Shown: positions 25,601-39,508, counted from the first letter of the stretch. The stretch: 64,000 nt of DNA from Eledone cirrhosa (GCA_964016885.1 OZ024744.1:52018001-52082000); one strand, 5' to 3'. The notes: a model not told the origin generated them from the sequence alone. Numbers and translations are program-made.

Positions 25601-28206
25601 ACCATGAACATTTGTGGACAGCTTAACATGTCCCTATCCATCTTTCTAACTAGAACCCTATCTAGGTACGATCTAGATGTTCCGCTACGATTACTCCACG
25701 TCCACAGTGGCGCAGTCGGAAAATCTAGTCGATATCTATCGGCCAGGTCAAATCGGTCGATTAACTGTTTGAGGCTGTTACACCCACCTTTATCGGGACA
25801 TGCTCCCACATAGTCCCAATGTGCATCTAGGATTCCATTCCAGTCCCCCAATAAAAGCAAGGAGCGGGACGTTCCCAGAAAACTCTCTAGACGTTTGAAG
25901 AAGTCTGGCTGCGGTGTCCCGGATGGGGCATATGCGGCCACCAGCCTGAAGGCTCCACCTTCACTACCGTCAACGTCTAGGACCACCAGTCGACCCTCCG
26001 GGTCCAGATGTACCGTCTGTGTTACGAGGCCCAGGTGTTTCCGCAGCAAAACGGCAACTCCGCTCCCACCCCCCGGTTGACAGAGAGATGCGTAGATCTC
26101 AAAGTCATCGAAGATGGGGGCCAGCTGTCGCTCGCTGTGGATCCTGGACTCGCAAATGGCTACCCCATCCATAATGTGCGACCTGAGGTCGTTTAAGAGT
26201 TTGCCCTGTTTCCAGGGCATCCCCAGGCCGCGTACGTTCACACATCCAACTCTTATATTGGCCATGTTGGTGCTGAAAAGTTAAAAGAGGAAAAGAGATC
26301 ACTCACCCTTCGTCTCCTGGGGACCAGGCCGCACGATTTCCATGGGGGTGTTGGAGGGGTTGTCTGGATGGGTGGTGGTTTCCGGCGGGGTGGGAACGAG
26401 ATGTTTGGTGGGGTGGGGTCTGGTGGGATGGGGGTGTATGGGGTGGGGAGACATTTGAGAAGGACTCGGTTGAGTGGTTTCACGCAGGAATTCCCCACAT
26501 CCTTTCGTTTTGTTGTAGGTATTTTGTTTTCAGGAGGTGGGGGTTTTGTTTGTGATGTTTTTGTTGTTTGTGTTGGTGGTTGTATGTTTGTGGTAGTGTT
26601 TGCTGGTTTTTTGCTTTTGTGATGTCTTTTCTTTCTTTTCGAGCGATGGGGTTCTCCCTCGTCTTCACTGGGTGATGGCGAGATAGCCTCATCTGTTGTA
26701 TCGTCTGTGTGATTGGGGAGGGGTATGTCTTGGGGAGCTGTTGTGTCTGTATGTGATTTTGCAGTGGTTTTAGGTGAAGTGGGGTTGGGTGGGACTGTGT
26801 TTGTTGTGGTTATTTTTGTGTGTTGGTGTTGTTGTTGTGGTGGTGTTGGCGGTTGTGTTGTTTTGATGGGTGTCGGCAGAAGAGCCTTTTTTGGTTCATT
26901 AATTTAGGACAGGAAGCCCCAAGGTGACCCCTGCTAAAGCAATGGTAACATGAAGGCCGCCTACCCTCAACCGAAAAGTTTATGTAGGTGAGTGCGCCCA
27001 GGAGTACACGCTGTGGGATCATAGCTATTCGCTCTGGGCTCATTTGCACCAGAACTTCAATGCTAGTCCCATTGAATACATCTCTGGGGGACTTGCCTAC
27101 TGACAGTATTCTGTCTTCATCAAAATTGATGAAGCCGCACAGTATCCACCATATGTTCACCTTTGGTGTGACACTCGTGATTCTGATCTTTTGTGTCCTT
27201 TTTCCCATGTATGTAGGGAAAAAGGTGTACAGGTTGGATACAATTGGCGACACAGAGTAATTTTGGGTCGTCAATTGATCCTTCATGAATACCGAAATAC
27301 TCCCAAAAAGTTTGCTTCTTTGAATGAATGCAATATCATTCATTGAATTTTTGAAAACCAGTTAAATTTCTTTCTGTGACAATTGGCCTGGTTTTCGGGT
27401 AGAATTGGAAACTGTCCTAAAAACTATCGTTTTGAGAGTAGTTTCCTTGCGAATTTCTACCGGAGAATTGATGCTGAAAGCACCATTTTTTTCGAAACTG
27501 ACATATCTCCTAGCGTCCTTTAAAAGTTGTTCAGCATTTGTTATGTCGAGATATATCAATTCTTCCTTTTTTTGAACTTTCTCTGCAAAGGAGTTTTTGG
27601 TTTCTTTGTGGAATCCGTATTGGTGGTGTTGTCATTATTGTTGTTATTGTTGTTATTCTTGTTGTCACCGATGTTGGTATTATCCGTATTTTCCTTGGTT
27701 TTGTTGTTGTCTTTGATGCTGGTGTTATTGGTGTTGTCTTTATTTTTTTCTTTGTTGTTGTTACCATTGTTGCTTTTATCATCATTATTGGTGTTGCTGT
27801 TATTTTTGTTGTCATTGAATTGTTTGGTGTCATTTGTGTTGTTTGAATATGAATTCGTTTTTATATTTTCATTTCGTCTTTCCATCTCTATAGTATCTAG
27901 TGAAGAAGACGTTGTTGACTGCGAGCTTGGTAGTCTTACCGCCTCTCCACCACCATTATCGTTGGACGCAGCGTTCATAACGTAATCAAAATTTTACAAT
28001 ATTTTTTTTCCAAGATTCGATGGAGAAAAAATTTTAAAATGGATATTCCGCCCCTGTAGGGGCAAAAATGAGTTGACCCACCACCTGAAGGTTCAGACGG
28101 GGAGGCAAATTACACAAGGATATAAAATTTAACTAAAAACTCACGTTTTTTTTCTTACATAAATTAACGGAAACTTCTCCGCGAAGTTACACACGTCTGA
28201 TAGATA
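19526..28206 (+). repeat. 8.68-kb direct duplication, copy 2
   Basis: Starts tcggtaaagaaatg (=7572) and ends acgtctgatagata (=16254). Confidence 0.97.
22665..28198 (-). mobile_element. Tx1-group LINE copy A2 (duplicate of A1)
   Basis: Shares A1's disabling mutations, plus a 2-nt longer poly-C near 25031. Confidence 0.93.
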
Positions 28207-28225
28207 GATAGATAGATAGATAGAT

Positions 28226-31200
28226 TTCTTTATTTGCCACAAGGGCGCACAAGAACAGGGGACAATACAAATATATGCCGGGGATTTTACATACAGTCGT
28301 GTAAAAAAATGTAAAACAAACAATTACAACAATCGAAATCCCCAATAGGGAGAGGGGGCGTCACAAATGGGTTGTTTAATACCCCGTCGATAGAACAACC
28401 CTCAACTCCAGGAGCTTGTTGTGCAAAGGCTCCTTTCTTCCTTTTCCTCTCTTCTTTAACATACAGGCTTATAAACAGAGAAGGCCCAGTCACTCGGGCC
28501 ATTTTTGCCACATTCACCCACCTTTCAGTAAATTTACTGGGGTGCAGTGCTTCTCTCTCCACTCTGATTCTCCTTCTAAAGTGATACTTAAAGAAGGGAA
28601 TCAATTGTTGTCCGGAGAGAAAGGCATCTGTCCTCAGTCCTCTCAATCTCGTCCACATATAACCTCTTTCACCATAGCCACTGTACAGAGGAAAACCGCC
28701 TCTCTTTAGTTTTTGAAAGAGGCTGGCGATTTGATCCTTACTATGGATTCGGCAGTCAACTGGATTTGACCCATACGCGAGAGCAGTTGTTCTGCATAGT
28801 TCCACAGGTCACTTACGCCCGGGCCGTGTACAATTGCGTGCAGGACGGTTTCAATGTCCTGCGCGAATCTTGGACACGTCCTCGTGGAAGGATCCTTGCC
28901 GGGGCGTCTGTGCCTGTAGACCTTGTCACGAACCGGTAGAGCTCCTCGGTAGCACTGCCAGGCCAGGGACCTCTGGAAGTTGTCCATAGGTCCCGGGCAG
29001 AAAGTCCTACCAAACAGACTGGTGAGCTCATCGTCTTCGACGCCCAGAGTCTCTCCGAGCACGTCGCCGCCCTTGTAACGTACACTCCCTCTATAGAATG
29101 TCGAAGTGGAGTCTCCACTGATTGCTGTGCCTGCTTGCCAGAGGACTGTGAGCGCCTGAGCGCATTCGATGTACCAGGCGCCCATCGTTTTCGGTCTTTT
29201 CTTGACACAGGACTGCAGCTCCGTCAGCAAGACGAGCTGTGGGAAAGTCTGTCTCACAAACGGTGCCCACACCGGTTGAGGGTCGGTGAGGTTTACCTGG
29301 AGATGCCGCAGCCTCAGCGCATGTTTGCGCATCATCAGCCACGGCATTCCCAGCCCTCCGTTGGAAGAGTGCTGACAGCAGACGGATCTCCTCACCAGCG
29401 GAGCCTGCTTTTTCCACAGAAACTGGAAAAGCATGCGTTCCATCTTGGCGAGGTGTTCACGGGGACAAGGCATGACAGTCAAGCGGTAGTAGATGACGGA
29501 CGCTATGAAAGTGTTCGCCACCTCCGCTCGACATTTCAAGGACAGTTTGCACTCTCCCCACTTCAAACACCTTGGCCGTGACCTCGTTCCAGTTTTTCTC
29601 CACCTGGAGGTCTGGACCGAACCAGACCCCGAGCAATTTCACCGGTCCGTCCGTCCAGCGTCCAACTACGATGTCGGACGTCATTGGGATGCCTCTCCAT
29701 GTACCGAGTTGCAAACCGACAGACTTGTCCGGGTTTAGTTTTACTCCCGTCAGCGTTTCATATTCTTTCAGTAAGTTACCGATCACCCCGATTTCCGAGG
29801 TGCTCGACACCGCTTTGCGCAGTCTCGGTTCTAGAGGGATGCCCTGCAACACCTCCAATTTCCGTAGTAGTGGCTCTAGAGTCAATATATACAGAATGGA
29901 GGAGAGAGGGCACCCCTGTGGAATGGAACGCGTGATTGCGAACGGTTCCGATAGGTAGCCGTTCACCTTGACCCTCGAGCAGATGCTGGTGTGCATCGCC
30001 TCGATCCAGCCTCTGAAAACGGGACCGAAACCGGCTGCCTTGAGAACCGTTTCCAAGTAGCGATGGTCAACCCTATCGAATGCCTTAGACTGCTCCAAAT
30101 TGATCAGAGCCCCACCGAAGCCGGGGTTAATACCCACCCTCTCTATGATGTATCGCATGAGGTGGAGGTTGTTGTGTATGAACCTGGTCGGGATTGCACA
30201 CGTTTGCACTTTCCCTACCAGGTTCTCGACGACACGCTCCAACCTCGTCGCTAGCACCTTGGCCAAAATCTTTAACTCTGTGTTGAGCAGAGTTATGGGC
30301 CTGAAGTTGTTAATTTCGTCCCCCTTTTTCTCGTCTTTCCTGATCAGCGTTACTACGGCCTTGCCTGCAGAACTGGGATTTCTCCCGTTCTGCTGCCAAT
30401 TACAGTAGACGGTTTCGAGGACGCCAGAGAACAAGTCCGGCATGCCTATGTAAAACTCATAGGGTAGACCATCTAGACCGGGTGACTTGCGTTTCCCGCA
30501 GCGGCCCAGAGCGTCCCGTATCTCAGTGTTCGTGATCGGTCTTTCGCAGAACTCGGCGTCCGTGTTCGAGAGACGCGGCAGGCCGTCTAGGTATGAACTG
30601 AAGTCCATTGCTCCGTTCGCCCAAACAGTCGCGCAAAGTGCCGTTGAAAAGCCGCGCACATTTGCTTGGGGTCAAGTAGCACGCGTCCGTTTTGGTCTTT
30701 CAAAGACCGAATCGTGGACTTGTTGCCACTTTTTTGCCTCCGCCACTCGGGCCCAGCTGACAGCTTTCGCTCCTTCGTTTCCTGGAACATGTGTTTTGCT
30801 TCTGACCACGCAGCCTTCGTGTTTCGTATCGAAGAACTGGTCCAGTGCCGTTCTCGACGCTAACACTCTAGCCGCGTTGCCACTTCTAAGTGCCTCCTCT
30901 ACCCTGGCTACTAGTTCTCTTTCTATTTTGTTTTTCTCTAAGGCTAACTCTCTGCTAAACCCTATCGATTCTACTCTAATTGCTTTCTTGAGAGAGTACC
31001 ACCATCTATTGTTGACGATGGCTCCCGTTAACTGCTGCTTGACTAGTCTACTTATTCGTTCACTGTAAACTTTACGTGCCGGCAACGACACGTTCAGCTT
31101 CCAGTATCCGGGTCCCTGTCTATGTATTCTATTACGGTTGATTAAGCAGACGATTAATTTGTGATCTGAGTAGGCAACCATGTGCATTCATGGAGCGCTT

Positions 31201-33925
31201 AACATCTCCTTGTCCCTTTCGCTAATGAAGAACCTATCTAAATATGATCTAGATGTCCCCCTGCGGTTTGCCCACGTCCACTGTGGTGCAGTCAGGAAAT
31301 CCAGTCGATACCTATCGGCCAGTTGGAATTGGCCGATTAAAGTTTTGAGGCTGTTGCACCCCCCTTTACTGGGACATGCTAGGGTACCATTCCAGTCCCC
31401 GACTAACAGTAAGGAGCGAGATGTTCTCAGAAAAGGCTCTAGACGCTTAAAGTAGTCTGGCCGTGATTGCAATTGCCCGGTCGGGGCATAAACGGCCACC
31501 AGTCTGAAGGCTCCACCTCCAATAGTGTTCATGTCTAGGACTACCAGTCTACTCTCCGGGTCCAAGTGTACTTGCTGTACTTCGACCTCCAGGTTCTTCC
31601 GACACATGACAGCCACTCCCCTCCATCCTCCTGGCTGACAGAGAGTGCGTAGATCTCAAAGTCGTCAAAGATGGGAGCTAGTTGCTGCCTGTTGTGTATC
31701 CTGGACTCGGTGATGGCTATCACATCCATACCGTGTGACCTAAGATCGTTTAAAAGTTGGCCCTGTTTCCAGGGCATCCCTAGGCCACGCACATTCACGC
31801 TTCCAACTCGTAAACTAGCCATGTTGGTGAAGAAGAGTTGGAGAAAAAGGAGGAAAAGGTGCACTTACCTTTTTGTTTCCTGGAGATTGGGTTGTTCAAT
31901 CTCCATTTGGGTGTTTGAGGGGTGTTGGGTGGGGTGGGGAAACATTTTAACAGGACGCGTTTGATGGGTTTCTGGCAGGGGTTGCCCACGTCCTGCGAAA
32001 ATTTATTTTTCAAGTTACTATAGGACTCCAGAAAGATCCTTATAAGTTTAAGGTGTGGATACGATTCTGCTTTGACCAAAGTTTTGTCCTCCGTCTCCAC
32101 CTTGGGGTTTTGGGAGATGACCTCCAACAAACTCTAGTTGTTTGTGTTGATGTATGCGTATTGTTGTTTGTGTTTTTGTTGTGTTGTTTTAGTTTGTTGT
32201 TCGCCCGGGGGTTTTCTTTTTATAGTGGGTGCTTTTGTTTTGGGTGGTGTTGGTGTTGGTTTTGCTGGTAGGGGGACGTTTAACTGTGTTGTTGTTTGTG
32301 TTGTTGTTTGTGTCTGAGGTTGTGTGTTGGTGTTGGTGATTGGAGTTTTGGGGGTTTGTGGTGTCTCTTTTTTTGTTTTTTAGATTTCCGAGGCTCTCCT
32401 TCTTCACTTAAAGAAGGAGAAGCAGCCTCATCTGTCGTGAATAATCATCGTCAGGAGTGTGAGGTAGGAAAATGTTGTGTGGTGGTGATGTTTCGCTGTG
32501 TGTGTTTGTGGTAGTGTTTGATGGAGTGGGATGAGGTGGGGCTGTGTTCTTCAGGGGTGTTGTCTGTGTTTTACCTGTTGTTGTTGGTTGAGTGGCTGTT
32601 TGTTTTGGTGTGTTTGCTCGTTTCGTCTGTTGTTGTACTTGTGGTGGTGGTTGTTTTGGTAATAGAGTTTTTTTAATGATATTGTTGTGGTGTGTTTGTG
32701 AAGGACACGAGGCCTTTAGGTGTGCTGTGATACCACAGCGAAAGCAATGAAGTTTTCGACCCACAACCGTAATGTTAAATTTGTTGTTGTCGTCGATGAC
32801 GACATTTTCGGGTATTTTGGAGATTCTCTCCGACCTCATTTGAATCAGAATCTCCAAAATCAGTACCCGCCCACCTTTTTCTAATAGACTTTCGTATCGA
32901 AAGAATCATATCAGTCTCTGGCTCTTCGAAGCAAGCCAAGATCCACCAGATGTTAATGTTTGGTGGCATATTTTTTATTTTTATTTTTGTGTTCTTTTTT
33001 CCCATGTACGTAGGGAAAAAGGTGAATGCTTTTGACACCATTGGTGTAACAGAATGTTTTGGGGCGCGTGCCTCGCTTTTAAACAGTACGGAAACACTTC
33101 CGTACTGTTTTCCTCGTTCGAGAAAGTCAATATTTGCTAGAGTCTCCTTGAAAGTGGCTTCTATGTCTCCTTGACTAACAAATATCGGCTTTCTCGTTGT
33201 GTTGGAGACAGTCCTAAAGGTCACTGTCCTTCGAACTGTCTCTTCTTTTATTTCGAGGGGTGAGTTAATTCTAAACTCACCCTTGTCTTCGAAAGTTACA
33301 CATTTTCTCCCTTGCTGGAGCATATCTTTTGCTTTGGAGATGTCAAAATCTTGTTTTTTGTTCATTGTTTCAGCGAAAGACATTTTTTTGTGTGGTGTTG
33401 TTGTTGTTATTATTATCGTTATTAGCCTCGATGTTGGAAATCTCAATTTCTTGATGAGGTGAAACTTTATGTGTAGATATATTTATGGATTTGTTGATGT
33501 TGTCTTTTTCATGTGTATATATGTTAATAGGTTTAATTCCTGTGTTTTCCTGTGTGTTATTTGTATTTTTCTCCGCTTCGACGGTAGAAATTTTAAAATC
33601 TTGAATTGGTAATATTTTTTTCTCTTTGTTGACAGTCGTATCTATAGTGACGTCCATAGGAGCAGAAGCAGATATAACGTTAATACCTGCCTCTCTACCT
33701 CTCTTCTCTCCATATTTTATAGTTGGCAAAATTTAATATTTTAAAACAATTTTTAAATTAAATTTTCGCCCCTAAAGGTGCGAAAAATGGGATTACCACC
33801 CAGCTGACGATTCAGCTTGGGGATTAATCTACAAAATGATATGTTTTTTCAAAAAATTAATTCAGTTTTTTTGTATAGAAATTTACAAAAAAGCTTACCG
33901 GCTATTTTCCACGCATCAGGCAGAT
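28226..33925 (-). mobile_element. Tx1-group LINE copy C, diverged subfamily, full-length and degenerate
   Basis: MASLRVGSVNVRGL ORF2 start, RT motifs, ORF1 knuckle CFRCGITAHLKASC; different UTRs; 3' AATAAAGAAA(TCTA)n. Confidence 0.9.
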
Positions 33926-33942
33926 GAAGAGATACATAGATA

Positions 33943-36900
33943 TGTTTCTTTATTAGCCACAGGGGCACAAAAGAAGAGGGCAAATACAAAGGGGGAAGTT
34001 TACATACAATAAAAACGTGTAAAATACTATCACAAACGTAATTTAAAAATTAGTCGAATTTCCGCAATAGGGGAGACATTACATATGGGTAACACATATC
34101 CCCGAAAAAAAAATGTGCAACCTTCATCTACAGGAGTACGAAGAGTTAGTACCCCATTCCTCTCTTCCTCTTTTTCCTCAACATACAGGCTGATTTAGAG
34201 AGAAGGCCCATTCACTCGGGCCATTCTCGCCACTTTTACCCACCTTTCATAAAACTTGTTGGGTATAGCACCTTTCTCTCCATCCTGACTCTTCTTCCAA
34301 AGTGGTATTTGAAAAAAAGAATCAGTTGTTGGCTGGAGAGAAAAGTATCTGACCTCAGCCCTTTTAACCTCGCCCACGTTACAACCTCTTTCGCCATAGC
34401 TATCCCACAAAGGAAAACCGCCTCTCCTTCGATTTTGAAGGAGGGTGGCGGTTTGATCATGACAATGGACTCGGTGGTCAACCGGATTGGTCCCACGCGC
34501 GACACTAGTCGTTCCACATAGCCCCACAGGTCGGTAACGCCCGAGCAGTGTGCGAATGCGTGCGCGACGGTTTCTTCGTCTCGCACGCATGTCGGACAGA
34601 CCTTTTTCGAAGGATCCCTGTCCGGGCGGCCATATCTGTAGAGCTGGTCTCGAACTGGTAGAGCTCATTGGTAGCACTGCCAGGCCAGAGACTTTTGGAA
34701 GTTGTCCATCGGTCCCGGGCGGAAGGTCCTACCGAACAGACTGGCCAAGTCGTCTTCCTCTACGCCTAGAGTTTCTCTGGGCACGTCGTCGCACTTGCTG
34801 CGGACCAACCATCTATAGAATGACGAAGTGGAGTCTCCACTGATCGCCAGGTCCGCCTGCCAGGGGGCTGTGAGTGCCTGAGCACATTCGATGCACCAGT
34901 CGCCCATTTTCCTCGGTCTTTGCTTGATCCCGGACTGCGAGACGAGTCGTGGGAAGGCCCGCCTCACGGTTGTCCGGTGAGGAATACGTGGAAATGCCGC
35001 AGCCTGGGCGCGTGTTTGCGCATCGTCAGCCACGGCCTCCCCAGCCCTCCATTTGAAGGGTGTTGGCAGCAGATGGATCTTCTCACCAAAGGAGCCCGTT
35101 TCTTCCAAAGGAATTGGAAGAGCGCGCGCTCCATTTTGGTCAGAGTTTTGGCTGGAAAAGTCACAACGGTCAAGTGGTAGTAGATGACGGACGCTATAAA
35201 AGTGTTCGCCACCTCCACTCGACCTTTCAAGGATTGTTAGCACTCGGGTCACTTCTGGGTGAGCGAAAACACCTTGGCCGTCACCTCATTCCAGTTCTTC
35301 TCCACCTGGAGGTCCGGACCAAACCAGACCCCGAGCAGCTTCACCGGTCCTACCGTCCAGTGTCCGACGACGCCATCGGAAGGCATCGGTTTACTTCTGC
35401 ACGATCCGAGTTGCAAACCGAGGGCTTGTCCATGTTTAGCTTCATTCCTGTGAACCTTGCGTATTCCTCCAGTAAGGTGCCAACTTCCTCGATTTGCAAG
35501 GTGCTCGACACCATTACTGCCACGTCGTCGGCGTAGGCCGACCCCGCTCTCCGCAGTCCCGGTTCCAGAAGGATGCCCTGCAATAGCTCCAACTTCCGCA
35601 GTAGTGGCTCGAGAGTCAGTACGTACAGAAGGGAGGGTAGAGGTCATCCCTGTCGGATGGATCGCGTGATATGGAACGTTCCGAGAGGTAGCCGTTCATC
35701 TTGACCCTTGAACAGTTGTTGCTGTTGTGCATTGCAGCAATCAGCCCCTGAACACGGATCCGAAGCCTGCCGCCTCGAGCACCGCATAGGTAACGATGGT
35801 CAACCCTATCGAAAGCCTTAGACTGATCCAACTTGATCAGGGCCCCACCGAATCCGGGTTTACACGCTACCCTATATATGAGTATCGCATGAGGTGGAGG
35901 TTGTCGTGTATGGACCTGGTCGGGATTGCGCATGTATGCGCTTCTCCCACCAGGTTTTCGACGACAAGCGCCAGCCTCTTTGCCAACACCTTGGCAAAAA
36001 TCTGTAACTCTGTGTTTAGCAGAGTTATGGGCCGGAAGTTGCCTATGTCATCCCCCTTATTCTCGTCCTTCCTGACTAATGTGACTACGCCCCTGGTCAC
36101 AGAACTGGGAATTATCCCGTTCTGCTGCCAGTTGCAGTAGACCGCTTCCAGAAGACCGGAGAACAAGTCCGGCGTTGCTACGTAAAATTCGTAGGGTAGA
36201 CCGTCGAGACTTGGAGATTTTCGTTTGCCGCATTGGCTCAGCGCGTCCCCTATCTCAGCGGCTGAAATCGGCTTTCCGCAGAACTTCGCCTCGTTGCTCG
36301 AGTGTCGCAGTAGGTCGTCGAGGTATGGACCGAAATCCATAGCCCCTCCCGGAGTGCCGCCCTGCCCGAACAGCTGAGCAAAGTGCCGCTGAAAGGCCGC
36401 GCACATCTTTTTCGGCTAACGTATTACGCGTCCGTCTTGGTCCTTCAAAGACCGAATCGTGGACTTGTTGCCACTTTTTGCCTCCGTCACCCGGGCCCAG
36501 CTAACAGCTTTGGCTCCCTCGTTACCCAGAGCACGTATTTTGCTTCTGACCAGGCAGTCGTCGTACTTTGCGTCGAAGAACTGGTCCAAGGCAGTTCTCT
36601 TTGCTAACACGCTGGCTACGTTGCCACTTCTAATTGCCTCTTCTACTTTGTATACCAGTTCCTTCTCGGTCGTATTTCTATTTAACGCTAATTCTTTACT
36701 AAAAACTAACGAGTCTAATCTAACTGCCCTCTCGAGAGAGTACCACCATCTGTTGTTGACAATGGCCCCTGTCAAGTGCTGTTTAACTAAAGTGCGAATC
36801 CGTTTACTGTAGGCTTTGCATGTCGGTAACGACAAGTTCAGCTTCCAGTAGCCGGGTCCTTGTCTATAGGTTCTATCAAGGTTGACCATGCAGGTCACTA

Positions 36901-38017
36901 GTTTGTGATCTTAATAGGCAACCATGAACATTTGTGGACAGCTTAAGATGCCCCTATACTTATTTCTAACTAGAACCCTATCTAGGTACGATCTAGATGT
37001 TCCGCTACGATTACTCCACGTCCACAGTGGCGGAGTCGGAAAATCTAGTCGATATCTATCGGCCAGGTCAAATCGGTCGATTAACTGTTTGAGGCTGTTA
37101 CACCCCCCTTTATCGGGACATGCTCCCACATAGTCCCAACGTGCATCTCGGATTCCATTCCAGTACCCCACTCAAAGCAAGGAGCGGGACGTTCCCAGAA
37201 AAGTCTCTAGACGTTTGAAGAAGTCTGGCCGCGATGTCCCGGATGGGGCATATGCGCCCACCAGCCTGAAGGCTCCACCTTCACTACCGTCAACGTCTAG
37301 GGCCACCAGTCGACCCTCCGGGTCCAGATGTACCGTCTGTGTTACGAGGCCCAGGTGTTTCCGCAGCAAAACGGCAACCCACCCCCACCTCCCGGCTGAC
37401 AGAGAGATGCGTAGATCTCAGTGGATCCTGGACTCGCAAATGGCTACTACATCCATACTGTGCGAGCTGGGGTCGTTTAAGTGTTTGCCCTGTTTCCAGG
37501 GCATCCCCAGGCCGCGTACATTCACACATCCAACTCTTATATTGGCCATGTTGGTGCTGAAAAGTTAAAAGAAGAGGAAAAGAAATCACTTGCCTTTTCG
37601 TCTCCTGGGGACCAGGCTGCACGATTTCCATGGGGGTGTTGGAGGGCTTTACTGGGTGGGTGGTGGTTTCCGGCGGGGTGGGAACGGAGATGTTTGGTGG
37701 TGGGAGGGAGTCTGAGGGGGGATGTCGGGGGGGGGGGGGGTGTATGTGGTGAGGGTGGGGAAACATTTTAAAAGGACGCGGTTGATGGGTTTAACACAAT
37801 GATTACCCACGTCCCGAGGAAAGTTTTCCGTTAAAGACTTCCGAAGGGACCCTAATCATCTTTAAATTAGGTTTGTCTACACAGTTCGAAAAAGTTTTCC
37901 CTTCGGTGATGACCTCCATTAAAGTTTTGTTTTCACTGTTTATGTATGTGTAATGTTCTTGTGTTGTGTTGGTTTTTGTCTGTTGTTCTTGTGTGAGCTT
38001 TCGTTTTGTTGTAGTAG
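33943..38017 (-). mobile_element. Tx1-group LINE copy D, A-like, truncated within ORF1, degenerate
   Basis: 3'UTR and ORF2 fragments close to A/B; 3' junction AATAAAGAAACATATCTATGTATC. Confidence 0.9.
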
Positions 38018-38738
38018 GGGGAGTGCAAACTCTCCTTGAAAGGTCGAGTGGAGGTGGCGAACACTTACATAGCGTCCATCATCTAATATCGCTTGACAGT
38101 CATGCCTTGCCTCCGCGAATACCTCACCAAATGGAACGCCTACTCTTCAAGTTCCTCTGGAAGAAACAGGCTCCATTGGTGAGGAGATCCATCTGCTGTC
38201 AACACTCTTCTAACGGAGGACTGGGCATGCCGTGGCTGATGATGCGCAACACGCGCTGAGGCTACACCATCTCCAGGTATTCCTGACTGGCGAACCGGTG
38301 TGGCTGTCGTTTGTGAGACGAGCTCTTCCACAACTCGTCTCACTAACAGAGCTGCAGTCCTAGATTCAAGCGAAGACCGAAAATAGGTGCTTGGCACCTC
38401 GAGTGCCTTCAGGCGCTCACAGCCCTCTACCAAGCGGAAACGGAAATCAGCGGAGACTCCACTTCGACATTCTATAGGGGATTAGTGGAGGATAAGTGCG
38501 ACGACGTTCTCGGGGAAACTCTAGGCATCAAGGAAGACGAACTGACCAGACTGTTCGGGAGGACTTTCTGTCCAGGGCCTATGAATAACTTCCGGAGGGG
38601 CTCTACCAGTTCGAGACAAAATCTACAGGCATTTTTATATAGTTTATTGTTATTTATCAATGTTAAAGATTTTATGTAAAACCCCCGCCGTCACGTCTTG
38701 TAATGTCCCATTTTTGCGTGCCCCTGTGGCAAATAAAG
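38018..38738 (+). mobile_element. Tx1-group LINE 3' fragment E, opposite orientation, internally deleted
   Basis: ERLLFKFLWKKQAPLVRRSICCQH and KCDDVLGETLG peptides; ends gtggcAAATAAAg. Confidence 0.85.
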
Positions 38739-38753
38739 ATAGATCTCTCTCTC

Positions 38754-38844
<91 letters not shown>

Positions 38845-38846
<2 letters not shown>

Positions 38847-39047
38847 CAACGGAATTGTGGTAAGGAACCAAATGGACCATAACGCACCAGATTACTCAAT
38901 ACTTAGGGTAGTAGAGTAGGAAATAGGAAAAAGTATGACTCCGACGGCAGAGCTCAAGACGTTTCGACGGCTATTTTTGGACTCCAGAAATAGTCCAGAA
39001 ATAGCCGTCAAAACGGCTTGAGCTCTGCCGTCGGGGTTATACTTTTT

Positions 39048-39050
<3 letters not shown>
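38845..39050. repeat. Fold-back copy of a short dispersed (TA)n-associated family (also 8750-8807, 9245-9322, 9825-9970, 39661-39845, 41810-41942, 47835-48062)
   Basis: Shared core tagccgtcgaaacggcttgagctctgccgtcgggg...acccactctactaccctaagtattgagtact. Confidence 0.8.
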
Positions 39051-39145
<95 letters not shown>

Positions 39146-39474
39146 AAGAAGAGAATGAGAGAGCGATAGAGTTTTTCTGACATTTCGTTTTTCTAATTGT
39201 TCTAAATTCGACTGCTATTTTTAACAATTCGATCCCCTGCGTTAAAGCTGCCATCTACTCCATAACGCTCGGTTGTCAATGAAAAGGTAAATGTCAATTC
39301 AGGTAAAGTATGGACAACCAAGAGACATAATAGAAAGATGTCATCCATTCAGCCATTGTATTGCCAACACAGGCGGAATAAATGTGAACGTTGATTAACT
39401 TGACAGAGGAGAAAAATAGACTCACAACAAGTGATATAGATAAGGACACACACACATACACATACACACACACA

Positions 39475-39508
<34 letters not shown>

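Noticed and set aside
7572-28206. Duplication as simple unequal crossover between LINE copies
   Set aside because: One breakpoint lies in non-LINE Helitron sequence with a 4-nt filler, which is non-homologous; an assembly artefact is not fully excluded
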